A DNA stretch of 60,444 nucleotides, the filler included, from Nitrospinae bacterium RIFCSPLOWO2_12_FULL_45_22 (lineage in GTDB: Bacteria; 2-12-FULL-45-22), in NCBI GenBank assembly GCA_001803565.1. It is 7 parts of 7 records of this genome, joined end to end, with 100 filler letters (N's around TTAATTAATTAA, not from the genome) between each part and the next. Parts side by side here need not be neighbours in the genome. Positions count along the whole stretch, not along the records: positions 10,116 to 17,411 come from MHDQ01000106.1; positions 17,512 to 24,283 come from MHDQ01000107.1; 5 more parts are not named here. The stretch is one strand, 5' to 3'. Shown here piece by piece: positions 10,134-18,746 of the stretch (positions are counted from its first letter, which is position 1; each line of letters begins with the position of its first letter). The position numbers and the translations under genes are program-made. The notes below the pieces were generated by a model. It saw only the letters and a list, made by a program, of their open reading frames with translations. It was not told the DNA's origin and made no database searches.

Positions 10134-11336
10134 ATGGCAAGGAAGGTAGCCATTGTTGGTGCGGGGCAGACTCCTTGCAAAGGGAGATGGGTGGAAAAGA
10201 CATACTGGGGCCTGGCACAGATGGCTGTAGCTGCGGCCATTAAAGATGCCGGTATCTCTGTCAAAGAGGTTGAGGGAGTAATTTATGGTATTTACAACGA
10301 TATATTTGAACTTTCTGCTATTCCGGAGCACGCCCTCCATGGGATTATAGGCATGGCTAACAAGCCGGGGATGAGGGTAACATGCGGTGGAGCAACCGGT
10401 GCTTATGCCATGCTCACAGCATATACCTGGGTAGCCAGTGGTCTCTATGATATAGTTATGTGTCTCGGAGTGGAGAAGGCTACCGATGCCTTTGATTTTG
10501 ACTCCCAGACCTCTACACCAGAAGTCATTAAAACCATTGCCTGGTCTGGAGATACTTTCTTCGAGCGAGAGATAGGTTGGACAGCTTCTGACAGTTATGC
10601 CGAGGTAGTCCTTGCCTATATGGATATGTATCCCGGTGATCTCTCCGATGAGGTTTCGGCTAAAATCAGCGAGCTCCTTTGTCAACAAGCCCAGAATAAC
10701 CCCTATGCCCAGAGAAGAGGAGAGATCGTAACCGCTGATATGGCCATGAAATCTAGATATATTGTCTATCCGTTTAAGCTCCTGGAGACTTGCGTGTATA
10801 CTGAAGGGGCCGGAGCTATTATCTTCGCTGAGGAAGAAAAGGCTAAGGCTATTTGCCGAAATATGGCTACCCCGCCAGTATGGATCACTGGCATCGGTGC
10901 GGCCAATGAACACCACGTGGCGGGTATCCAGGGTAATCATAAAACCATGCATCGTATCCTATCGGACCATATCGCTGCCAGGGCCGCTTACCAGATGGCA
11001 GGCATTACCAATCCCCTTAAAGAGATCACGGTAATCGAATTACATGATGCCTATATCAAACAGCTCCAGATTACTATGGCCGAGATGGGATTTGTTCCTC
11101 TGGGCCGGGCAGATGACCTGGTCAAAGAAGGGCTGATGCTCCCCGGTGGTCCTATCCTGGTGAATCCTTCAGGTGGATTGACCTATGCGGGTCACTATGT
11201 TGGGGGGTCCAACATGATGTCGTGCTGGAGCGCCCGACGAGAGCTTATCACCCGGGGTCTTGACCGGGCCCTGGTTCATAGTACCGGTTCAACTATTGCC
11301 CAATATGCTTGTATTCTGATTCTGGAGAGGGGGTAG
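10134..11336 (+). CDS. Thiolase-family protein (SCP-x/archaeal type)
   Basis: VAIVGAGQT, RVTCGGATG (active Cys), IELHDAY, VNPSGGL..GHYVGG. Confidence 0.88.
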   Translation: MARKVAIVGAGQTPCKGRWVEKTYWGLAQMAVAAAIKDAGISVKEVEGVIYGIYNDIFELSAIPEHALHGIIGMANKPGMRVTCGGATGAYAMLTAYTWVASGLYDIVMCLGVEKATDAFDFDSQTSTPEVIKTIAWSGDTFFEREIGWTASDSYAEVVLAYMDMYPGDLSDEVSAKISELLCQQAQNNPYAQRRGEIVTADMAMKSRYIVYPFKLLETCVYTEGAGAIIFAEEEKAKAICRNMATPPVWITGIGAANEHHVAGIQGNHKTMHRILSDHIAARAAYQMAGITNPLKEITVIELHDAYIKQLQITMAEMGFVPLGRADDLVKEGLMLPGGPILVNPSGGLTYAGHYVGGSNMMSCWSARRELITRGLDRALVHSTGSTIAQYACILILERG

Positions 11337-11339
11337 CTC

Positions 11340-12311
11340 ATGCCAGAAAAAGTAATCCCTTTACATATGATCCCGGATAAGGGATCCGAGATACTGATTA
11401 TCAATGGGAAACAATATCTCCAGACCAATACCGCTATGTTTACCTTTTACAAACGGAGTAAAGGTGAGTTATCACCTTATTTTCTCGGCCTTAAGGAAAA
11501 GAAGATCTATGGGGCAAAGTGTACCAACTGTGGGATAATTCGAGTGCCTCCGTTTATGGAGAGATGCCCAGACTGTGAGTTTGCAGCCATGGAACTTATG
11601 GAGATGCCTGATAGGGGAAAGCTGCTCCATACCCCACCCATTACCTATTTTGCCCATAGTCTGTTTCAGGACATGGCGCCATTTGGTCGGGGAAGGGTCT
11701 TGCTAGGTGAATCAATTACTGCACTTCCTATTCTGCTCTATACTACTAAAGGAGTTTTAAGGCCCGGGATATTCAAAAGGGACACCCCGGTTAAAGTAAT
11801 CTTTAGGGATGAGCGCGTTGGTGCCCCAACTGATATCTTTGCGGTACCCATGAGTGAACTTTCAGAAGAGCAGATAGGTAAAAATGGGCTCCAGGAAAGC
11901 GAACTGGATTGGACCAACCCCCAGGAACCCCAGGTAAAGGAGACAGCCGAGGGACATAAGGCCCTGGATAAGGCCCTTATTGGACTATCAAAACTGTCTG
12001 ATGGTGTGAAGACCAGTGCGAGGGCTCAACATGATTTGGCAGGATGGCGCCGCGTAATTCGGGTAAATACCTCCGGTGGGTCCTTTGGGATAATGATTGA
12101 GGACGGCAGATTAGAGATAAGCGCAGGAGAGAACTATTCACCAGACTTTATAATAGTCTGCGAAGACCCAGGCTTATTCACCGAATGGGTAGAATATCGA
12201 GAGTCCTTAACCAATGCCATCATCTCGGCTAAGCTCTGGATAAGCAAAAATTCAGAATTCAAGACCATTTTTAAGCTAGATCGGGTCCCTCGATCCCTTA
12301 AACGCACTTAG
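11340..12311 (+). CDS. DUF35 (Zn-ribbon + OB fold) protein with C-terminal SCP2-like domain
   Basis: GAKCTNCG...ERCPDC Zn ribbon; C-terminal FGIMIEDGRLEI...PDFIIVC...LTNAIISAKLWI sterol-carrier-like; adjacent to thiolase. Confidence 0.75.
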   Translation: MPEKVIPLHMIPDKGSEILIINGKQYLQTNTAMFTFYKRSKGELSPYFLGLKEKKIYGAKCTNCGIIRVPPFMERCPDCEFAAMELMEMPDRGKLLHTPPITYFAHSLFQDMAPFGRGRVLLGESITALPILLYTTKGVLRPGIFKRDTPVKVIFRDERVGAPTDIFAVPMSELSEEQIGKNGLQESELDWTNPQEPQVKETAEGHKALDKALIGLSKLSDGVKTSARAQHDLAGWRRVIRVNTSGGSFGIMIEDGRLEISAGENYSPDFIIVCEDPGLFTEWVEYRESLTNAIISAKLWISKNSEFKTIFKLDRVPRSLKRT

Positions 12312-12393
12312 TTAGTAATATGTCTATTATCTGGCAACCATATGGTGAATATTTGGAAAAAAGCAATATTAAGCGCTTCATGTATGATGACTT

Positions 12394-12520
12394 TATACTA
12401 AATTGATTGGAAAATCTGAAAAAAATTCAGTAGGGACAACCCTCGTGGTTGTCCGGCATATGCGGACAGGGATAAACCCTGTCCCTACATTTTATCAGAA
12501 ATTAGAATCAGTTTGGTATA
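12394..12520. repeat. GTAG-type REP doublet inside an outer inverted repeat
   Basis: GTAGGGACAACC..GGTTGTCC / GGACAGGG..CCCTGTCCCTAC (12430-12488) flanked by TATACTAAATTGATT and AATCAGTTTGGTATA. Confidence 0.7.
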
Positions 12521-12563
12521 TCCAGCGTAGAAAACCCGGAGGCATTAGAAGGGATCGGAATAA

Positions 12564-13637
12564 ATGTTCTCCAGTGATCTGAGTAAAAAGAAGATTATCC
12601 TGGTGCTAAGTGGCGGTGGTATGCGAGGGATGGCCCATATCGGAGTAATTAGGGCAATAGAGTCCTTAGGAATTAATATTTCAGAATATGTCGGTGCCAG
12701 TATAGGTTCATTAGTAGGCGCTATGGCGGCTGGGGGGGTAAAGGCCCAGGAAATAGAAGAAACAGCTTGCCGGATTAGGAAGCAAGATATCCTTGATCTT
12801 GACTATTGGGGATTTTTATGGAAGAGGGGGAGAATACAAAGTGCTTATAAAGGAAAGAAGCTGCACGACTTTATAAAAGGGACCTTGCCCATAGATAGTT
12901 TCGATGCATTACCCAAACCCTTCTTTGCCAATGCCGTAGATATAAACACCGGGGTCAATATCTTTTGGGGTTTAGAAAAACTCCGAGACTTACCACTGCA
13001 CGATGCGGTATATGCCTCCTGCGCTATTCCAGGAATATTTCCTCCCAAAAAGATTGGTGGGAACTATTATGTAGATGGTGGGGTAGTAGACCCGTTCCCC
13101 ATAAAGTTCGTCAAGCTGAGAAAGCCCGATATCATTATAGCCGTCAATTTATGCCATAGTCTCCCGAAAGCGGATAATAATATACCTGAGCAAGGATTAG
13201 CAGCCCTTATAGCCAAAGCCAATGCTATCCAATGCAATGCCATTACCGACCTTAACCTCCACGACTGTGTAGAATATCCCTTAATACTAATCAATATAGA
13301 TGCCTCGCGGGTAGGGGTACTAGACTTCGATCATTCCCATGAGCTGGTTGAAATAGGTCAGCAAGAGGCCATGAAAATCCTTAACGAACATCCTTTATTA
13401 AGTCCCAAAAAATACTGGCTTTTTAGTCGCCCCAGCCGTAAACCTCAGGTCAAGATCAGCATAGATACTGCCAGGTGCATAGGCTGTGGCTCCTGTCATG
13501 TGAATTGCCCTACCCAAAACTTCTCCCTGAAAGAAGACAAAGCAAAGGTAGTCTCGGCTAACAACCCTGAATGTATGCTGGACATGGCCTGTCTCAAGCA
13601 TTGCCCTGGACGCTGCATAAGCTTTGAGCTGCAATGA
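12564..13637 (+). CDS. Patatin-like phospholipase fused to a C-terminal dicluster ferredoxin domain
   Basis: SGGGMRG, GASIG (GxSxG), DGG; C-terminal CIGCGSCHVNCP and CMLDMACLKHCP. Confidence 0.88.
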   Translation: MFSSDLSKKKIILVLSGGGMRGMAHIGVIRAIESLGINISEYVGASIGSLVGAMAAGGVKAQEIEETACRIRKQDILDLDYWGFLWKRGRIQSAYKGKKLHDFIKGTLPIDSFDALPKPFFANAVDINTGVNIFWGLEKLRDLPLHDAVYASCAIPGIFPPKKIGGNYYVDGGVVDPFPIKFVKLRKPDIIIAVNLCHSLPKADNNIPEQGLAALIAKANAIQCNAITDLNLHDCVEYPLILINIDASRVGVLDFDHSHELVEIGQQEAMKILNEHPLLSPKKYWLFSRPSRKPQVKISIDTARCIGCGSCHVNCPTQNFSLKEDKAKVVSANNPECMLDMACLKHCPGRCISFELQ

Positions 13638-13831
13638 TAGCTTGCCAAGGTCTTTACTTTCCATTATGATAAACCTTCATCTAATCTAATATATATATAG
13701 CCTAAGGGCTTGGTTTTACCCGGACGGATGAAGGCAGAGAAAAGCCCTGCGATAACATTTGGTGATAAGCAAATCTTTATTTAGGGGGCTTTCATTTTTC
13801 TTCGTTCCGGCTTCAAACTAATAATGAGGAG

Positions 13832-13956
13832 AGTAACAGTTCAGGTTCTTTGTCATTTCGAGCGCAGCGAGAAATCTTTCCTAAACCGGAGGTAAATAAA
13901 GATTCCTCCCTCCGGTCGGAATGACATTCATTTTCGATAGGGGCTGAACTGTTACT
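13832..13956. repeat. TGTCATT...AATGACA element wrapped by a 13-bp inverted repeat
   Basis: AGTAACAGTTCAG...CTGAACTGTTACT around TGTCATTTCGAGCGCAGCGAGAAATCT...CGGAATGACA. Confidence 0.75.
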
Positions 13957-13969
13957 GAGGAGAGATATT

Positions 13970-14920
13970 ATGAAGACCCGAATAACAGAATTGCTGGGGA
14001 TAAAACATCCCATTATTCAAGGGGCCATGTCCTGGGTATCATTCCCCCCATTAGTAGCCGCGGTGTCTAATGCTGGTGGTCTAGGGATTTTAGGGGCAGC
14101 TTTTATGAGTCCAGAGGAGCTCAGAGAGAATATCAGACAGATAAAAGACCAGACCGATAAGCCCTTTGGGGTAAATTTTATGCCCGAAAATCCCCAACTA
14201 GACCTGCTACTGGATATAATCATTAAAGAGAAGGTGCCGGTAGCGAGCTATGGCAAAGGTAATCCCCATAAGATAATTGAGAGAACCAGGCCTTACGGAA
14301 TCATTAATATGCCTACGATGGGGGCGGTGCGGCATGCCGTGCGGGCCGAGCAGGATGGTGCGGATGCAGTCATTGTCCAGGGAACAGAAGGTGGTGGCCA
14401 TACCGGCTTTGTAGCTACCCTGGTCCTTCTACCATTAGTTGCCAGCAAGCTAAAAATACCAGTGGTAGCGGCTGGTGGTATTGGTGACGGCCGGGGTATG
14501 GTAGCGGCCTTATCTTTGGGTGCCGAAGGGGTCTCTATGGGTAGCCGGTTCATTGTTACTCGGGAAGCCCCCATACCCTTATCTATAAAGCATTATCTTA
14601 TTCAGAGGACTGAGGAAGATACAGTAATAACGGATAATCTTACCGGGGTGCGTTGCCGGGTAATAAGGAATAAGTTTGCTGAAAGTCTCCTGGAAATGAC
14701 GAAGAGTAAAGCCGACCCCTGGGAGATAATGCAGCATGGAGTGGGCAAGATCAGGAAAGCCTTTGTAGAAGGAGACCTGGAATCAGGCTCTTTTGCCTGT
14801 GGGCAGGTATGCGGCCTAATAGAGGACATACCTACCTGTCAGGAACTGATAGAACGGATTGTTATAGAGGCAGAAGAGGTAATAGGATCAATGGGGGAGA
14901 AGTTTCTAAGCCCAAAGTGA
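13970..14920 (+). CDS. Nitronate monooxygenase / FabK-like flavoprotein
   Basis: TRITELLGIKHPIIQGAM, AVSNAGGLG, EGGGHTG, AAGGIGDGRG, MGSRF. Confidence 0.9.
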   Translation: MKTRITELLGIKHPIIQGAMSWVSFPPLVAAVSNAGGLGILGAAFMSPEELRENIRQIKDQTDKPFGVNFMPENPQLDLLLDIIIKEKVPVASYGKGNPHKIIERTRPYGIINMPTMGAVRHAVRAEQDGADAVIVQGTEGGGHTGFVATLVLLPLVASKLKIPVVAAGGIGDGRGMVAALSLGAEGVSMGSRFIVTREAPIPLSIKHYLIQRTEEDTVITDNLTGVRCRVIRNKFAESLLEMTKSKADPWEIMQHGVGKIRKAFVEGDLESGSFACGQVCGLIEDIPTCQELIERIVIEAEEVIGSMGEKFLSPK

Positions 14921-15061
14921 TTCCTGTTAGAAGGTGGAACGGATCTAAGATATATTCAAGAGTTATTAGGCCATAAAGACAGCAAAACAACCGAGATTTA
15001 TACGCATATCAGTACCAAAAGCATCGGGAAAATTAAGAGTCCTTTAGACACTTTAAACTGA
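14921..15061 (+). pseudogene. C-terminal remnant of an IntI-like tyrosine recombinase
   Basis: Manual translation [48 protein letters not shown]..TTxIYTH catalytic box; no start codon or N-terminal part. Confidence 0.85.
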
Positions 15062-15268
15062 AAGAAGGGGGTGATATATGACAAAGATTGTCAATAGGAA
15101 GGGGTTTTCTGGCCTTCCGCCAGAGTCGGGATATCCGAGATACTTCGGATACCACCCCAAAATTAGGGGTATATCCGAGCAGGTAGCGAGAGAAGTACAT
15201 CCTTTAATGTCGGTCGTGTAATCCTTATAGTACGGGTGAAGAACGTAAATCAATATTCTGGGAAAACA

Positions 15269-16063
15269 ATGGTTATACAGGAAGGGCAGAAGCTGCCTAT
15301 ATCGGTTTGTCTTATAACCTATAACGAAGAGAAGAACCTACCTGAGTGCCTGGATAGTGTCAACTGGGCGGATGAGGTAGTAATTGTTGATTCTTTCAGC
15401 ACCGATAATACCCTGGAGATTGCCGGACAATATGGCTCTAGGGTTATTCAGCAACCCCTGGGTAGTTTTGCGGAACAAAAAAATACTGCGGTAAGAAATG
15501 CCTCTAACGAGTGGGTATTGTGCCTGGATGCCGATGAGCGGGTCTCACCCCAGCTTGCCCAGGAGATAAAGGAAGAGTTTAGTACCGGCCCCATCGAATG
15601 GGACGGATACTATATCAATCGCCATACCTTTTATCTGGGCCGCTGGATAAATCATGGTGGTTGGTACCCGAGCTACAAACTGATCCTGTTCAAAAAGGAT
15701 AAAGGGGCCTGGGGGAGTATAGATTTACATACCAGGGTCTTTCTGGAAGGTCGCACCACGCAGCTTAAGGGTGACCTGTGGCACTTTACCTACCGAAACA
15801 TTTCCCATCAGTTAAGGACCGTAGATAACTTCTCCCGCATAGTAGCTCAGCAATGGCAAAGGGAAGGGAAGAGATTAAAAGGATGGTCCCTTGCTATCCG
15901 TCCCCTGACCAAATTTATCGAAACTTATGTGTATAAAAGAGGCTATAAAGACGGCATACCGGGCTTAATTATTGCTATAACATCTTCTTTCTATGTATTC
16001 CTGAAATATGCCAAATATTGGGAAATGTTAAATATAGATGAAGATAGCCCTGGTAATAGATAA
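15269..16063 (+). CDS. GT2 glycosyltransferase (KdtX/WaaE-like)
   Basis: ISVCLITYNEE, VDSFSTDNT, WVLCLDADE, GWYP, HFTY. Confidence 0.88.
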   Translation: MVIQEGQKLPISVCLITYNEEKNLPECLDSVNWADEVVIVDSFSTDNTLEIAGQYGSRVIQQPLGSFAEQKNTAVRNASNEWVLCLDADERVSPQLAQEIKEEFSTGPIEWDGYYINRHTFYLGRWINHGGWYPSYKLILFKKDKGAWGSIDLHTRVFLEGRTTQLKGDLWHFTYRNISHQLRTVDNFSRIVAQQWQREGKRLKGWSLAIRPLTKFIETYVYKRGYKDGIPGLIIAITSSFYVFLKYAKYWEMLNIDEDSPGNR

Positions 16064-17188
16064 CTTCTCCCCGGCTAAAGGTGGTGGGGAGGGTTATGCA
16101 GCCCATTTTGCTAGAGAGTTGGCCCAACATGGTCATGAGGTTCATATCTTCACCTACGCCTGGGATACCTCACTTACTCCCTTGCCCTTAACCTTCCATC
16201 GAGTGCCGACTTTTAAAGGATTGGAGTTATTTCGGGTGCTCTCTTTCGGCTACTATTGCCAGAAGATGCTGAGGGAGCACAGCTTCGATATTATTCAAGG
16301 GTTTGGTAAGAGTTGTTGGCGCATGGATGTATATCGCCCTGGGGGTGGTGTACATCGGGCATATCTCCAACAAAACCTGCTTTCGCTAGAAAACCCTTAT
16401 TACCGCTACTACCGGCGAATATTAAGGGCTGCCTCCCTGAAAGATTTAGTCTTTTTGGCTATCGAGAGGTACCAATATCGTCAAGAGAGTATTAAACGGA
16501 TTATAGTGAACTCTGGGTTAGTTAAAAGCCATGTTGAAGGGTTCTACCGGTGCCCCGCCGAACGCATCCGGGTGGTCTTTAATGGGGTAGATTTAGAAAG
16601 ATTTCACCCTATACCTAAACAACGACCTGAAGTAGCTCAACGTAAGGAAGTGGTACTCCTCTTTGTGGCGAACAATTTCCGGCTCAAAGGGCTTCCTTGC
16701 CTGATTAAGGCCCTGGGAACATTGGCAAAAGCAAGACCCACATTAAACTTCAAGCTCCTTATTGCTGGCCGGGGCAAAAAGGATCTTTATCTGAAACAGG
16801 CCAGGAGAGCGGGTTGTGTTGATAAGATGCTATTCTTAGGGCAGGTAGAGGATATGCCTCAGTTATACCATTCTGCCGATATCCTGATCCATCCCACCTT
16901 TTATGACCCAGCGCTAATGTCTGCTGGGAGGCAGCCGCCAGTGGCTTACCTATTATTACTACCATATATAACGGCTTTAGTGAGCTTATGGCTGATGGCC
17001 TGGAAGATTATATATTGCCTGATCCGCGTGATATAAACCGCTTTAAAGATACCATCTGTAGCCTGCTGGAGCCGGCAGTAAGGAAAGTAGTAAGCGAAAA
17101 AGTCCGGGCATTAGCAGAAAAATATCCCTTTGAGTACAACTATCAGAAAGTAATTCAGATTTATCAAGAAGTCCTTCAAATTAGTTAG
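16038..17188 (+). pseudogene. GT4 glycosyltransferase (WaaG/RfaG-like) with a 1-nt frameshift
   Basis: GGGEGY, VFNGVD, FRLKGL; adding one T after 16910 restores HPTFYDPCANVCWEAAASGLPIIT and reads into ORF 16988-17188. Confidence 0.8.
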
Positions 17189-17310
17189 GACGCAGATTTT
17201 CGCAGATTCACGCAGATATTTTAGTGAGCAGTAAGCAGTAAGCCGTTAACTCCTCACGGCTTACTGCTCACTTTATTTAAAATCTTGAAAATCTGCGTTC
17301 ATCTGCGTCC
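17188..17310. repeat. Nested palindromic element, copy 2
   Basis: GGACGCAGATTTTCGCAGATTCACGCAGAT...GTGAGCAGTAAGCAGTAAGCCG..CGGCTTACTGCTCAC...ATCTGCGTTCATCTGCGTCC. Confidence 0.75.
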
Positions 17311-17334
17311 AAAAAGGAAAATCCTTACTCTTCA

Positions 17335-17411
17335 CTAGGGGCGCAATATATTGCGCGCGACAATCACCCGTTGGATCTGATTTGTTCCATCAATGATCTG
17401 GGTAGATTTGG
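17335..17411 (-). CDS. Acyl-CoA dehydrogenase C-terminus (rest beyond contig end)
   Basis: Manual translation KSTQIIDGTNQIQRVIVARNILRP*. Confidence 0.8.
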
Positions 17412-17511
17412 NNNNNNNNNNNNNNNNNNNNNNNNNNNNNNNNNNNNNNNNNNNNTTAATTAATTAANNNNNNNNNNNNNNNNNNNNNNNNNNNNNNNNN
17501 NNNNNNNNNNN
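17412..17511. other. Artificial contig linker
   Basis: N run + TTAATTAATTAA + N run. Confidence 0.98.
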
Positions 17512-17639
17512 AAAACTTCATAATTCGAAATTCCTTGTTCGATATTCAATATTCAATACTTGTTTTAATCAGACTGTTAAATTAAGTTAGCGCTTATGGA
17601 GGGCTAGGGTGAGGGGGATTTTCAGGACAAAGATTATCC

Positions 17640-18347
17640 TTATTTTAATTTGCTCGATACATCAATAATCAGGCTTGCCGTCAATCGCGATCTATCTACT
17701 ACTCCGGCAAACTTTCCTTTTTCATCAGTAACAGGGAGGGTTTCCACATTGAGAGCCTCCATCCGTTCAAGAGCCGTCTGTTTGCCGGTATCCTCCCGGA
17801 TGGCATCGTTGGCTGAAACAAAACGGGGTAATCGTGATAAAAAGGCGATGTCAGCTCTATTCAACCACTGAGCAAAATCATCTGACCTGAAATCCGCTTC
17901 AGGAGCCAGGAAGATCGAATTGAGCTCCCTGGCATCCGCCATACCAAAAAACTTCCCGCCACTGTCAACTATAATTACATATTTAAAAAAGGGATATTCA
18001 GAAAGCCCTTTGAGATATTCCTGTATAGCCGGTCCATAATATCCACCATGACCCAAACGGAAAAATAGTGCCTCTGTCTTGTTCTTTATTAACCGGGGGA
18101 TTTCTTCTATCCCTGCTTTTGGCTCCATTATGATAGATTCTACAGGAAGCTTTACCGGGGTAATCTGTTTCGCAACCGCGGCCTTAGATGCCTCGACAAA
18201 GGCCGTCTGTATCTCGAATTCACCAAGTTTAAGTTTAGGAATTCTTCCTGTTACCAGTAGCCAGAGGACTATCGGTATGAGGGCAAGCACCATATCCGAA
18301 TATTTGACCTCGAATTTCTCGCCGATCTTGATGCGTAGGATTATCAA
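17640..18347 (-). CDS. Membrane-anchored CBS-domain protein, probably 5' truncated
   Basis: TM helix VLALIPIVLWLLVTG; C-terminal ALERMEALNVETLPVTDEKGKFAGVVDRSRL; TTG start without an RBS, inside the lysozyme remnant. Confidence 0.7.
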   Translation of the reverse strand: MIILRIKIGEKFEVKYSDMVLALIPIVLWLLVTGRIPKLKLGEFEIQTAFVEASKAAVAKQITPVKLPVESIIMEPKAGIEEIPRLIKNKTEALFFRLGHGGYYGPAIQEYLKGLSEYPFFKYVIIVDSGGKFFGMADARELNSIFLAPEADFRSDDFAQWLNRADIAFLSRLPRFVSANDAIREDTGKQTALERMEALNVETLPVTDEKGKFAGVVDRSRLTASLIIDVSSKLK

Positions 18348-18552
18348 TATCGTTATTAAGCAACTTCATTGCCTCTTCATTAGTAATTTCCATGCCCACG
18401 CGGTCAATGGTTCTCCCCAGTTCCCCCGTGACAGGATGTGCCTCTATGTGCCGGCCAACCCCTATAGTTAAATGACCGGTAGGGCATAAATAGGATTCTA
18501 GTTTTTTGCCTTCATGTATTTCGAGTTGTTTCCGTAATTTATCTTTATTCAT
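18346..18552 (-). pseudogene. N-terminal half of a phage-type (GH24-like) lysozyme
   Basis: LRKQLEIHEG..LESYLCPTGHLTIGVGRHI...ITNEEAMKLLNNDI; similarity then stops at the CBS gene. Confidence 0.75.
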
Positions 18553-18746
18553 TGAATCCTCTCCTCAAATCCCTTATGGGTATAGGCAATTAGACCGTAA
18601 AACAACTGCTAATAAATGACTTAAGTTTGCCATTATTATTCCCCTTCCTTATCTTGATTTGGTTGTTAGTCATTGGTCATCAGCACGTCTGTACCTATTG
18701 GGGTTATACCTGTATCAGTGAAGTGGCATGAAATAAATATCATTCC

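Noticed and set aside
10068-10952. 294-aa minus-strand ORF (likewise 19765-20454, 20399-21055, 46066-46587 and other short overlapping ORFs)
   Set aside because: Opposite-strand or alternate-frame shadows of well-supported genes
14918-14923. Possible stop readthrough from the flavoprotein into the in-frame integrase tail
   Set aside because: The flavoprotein is complete at its stop and no recoding signal is evident; a deletion junction is simpler
17336-17360. TAGGGGCGCAATATATTGCGC, REP-like hairpin
   Set aside because: Better explained as the coding 3' end of an acyl-CoA dehydrogenase on the minus strand
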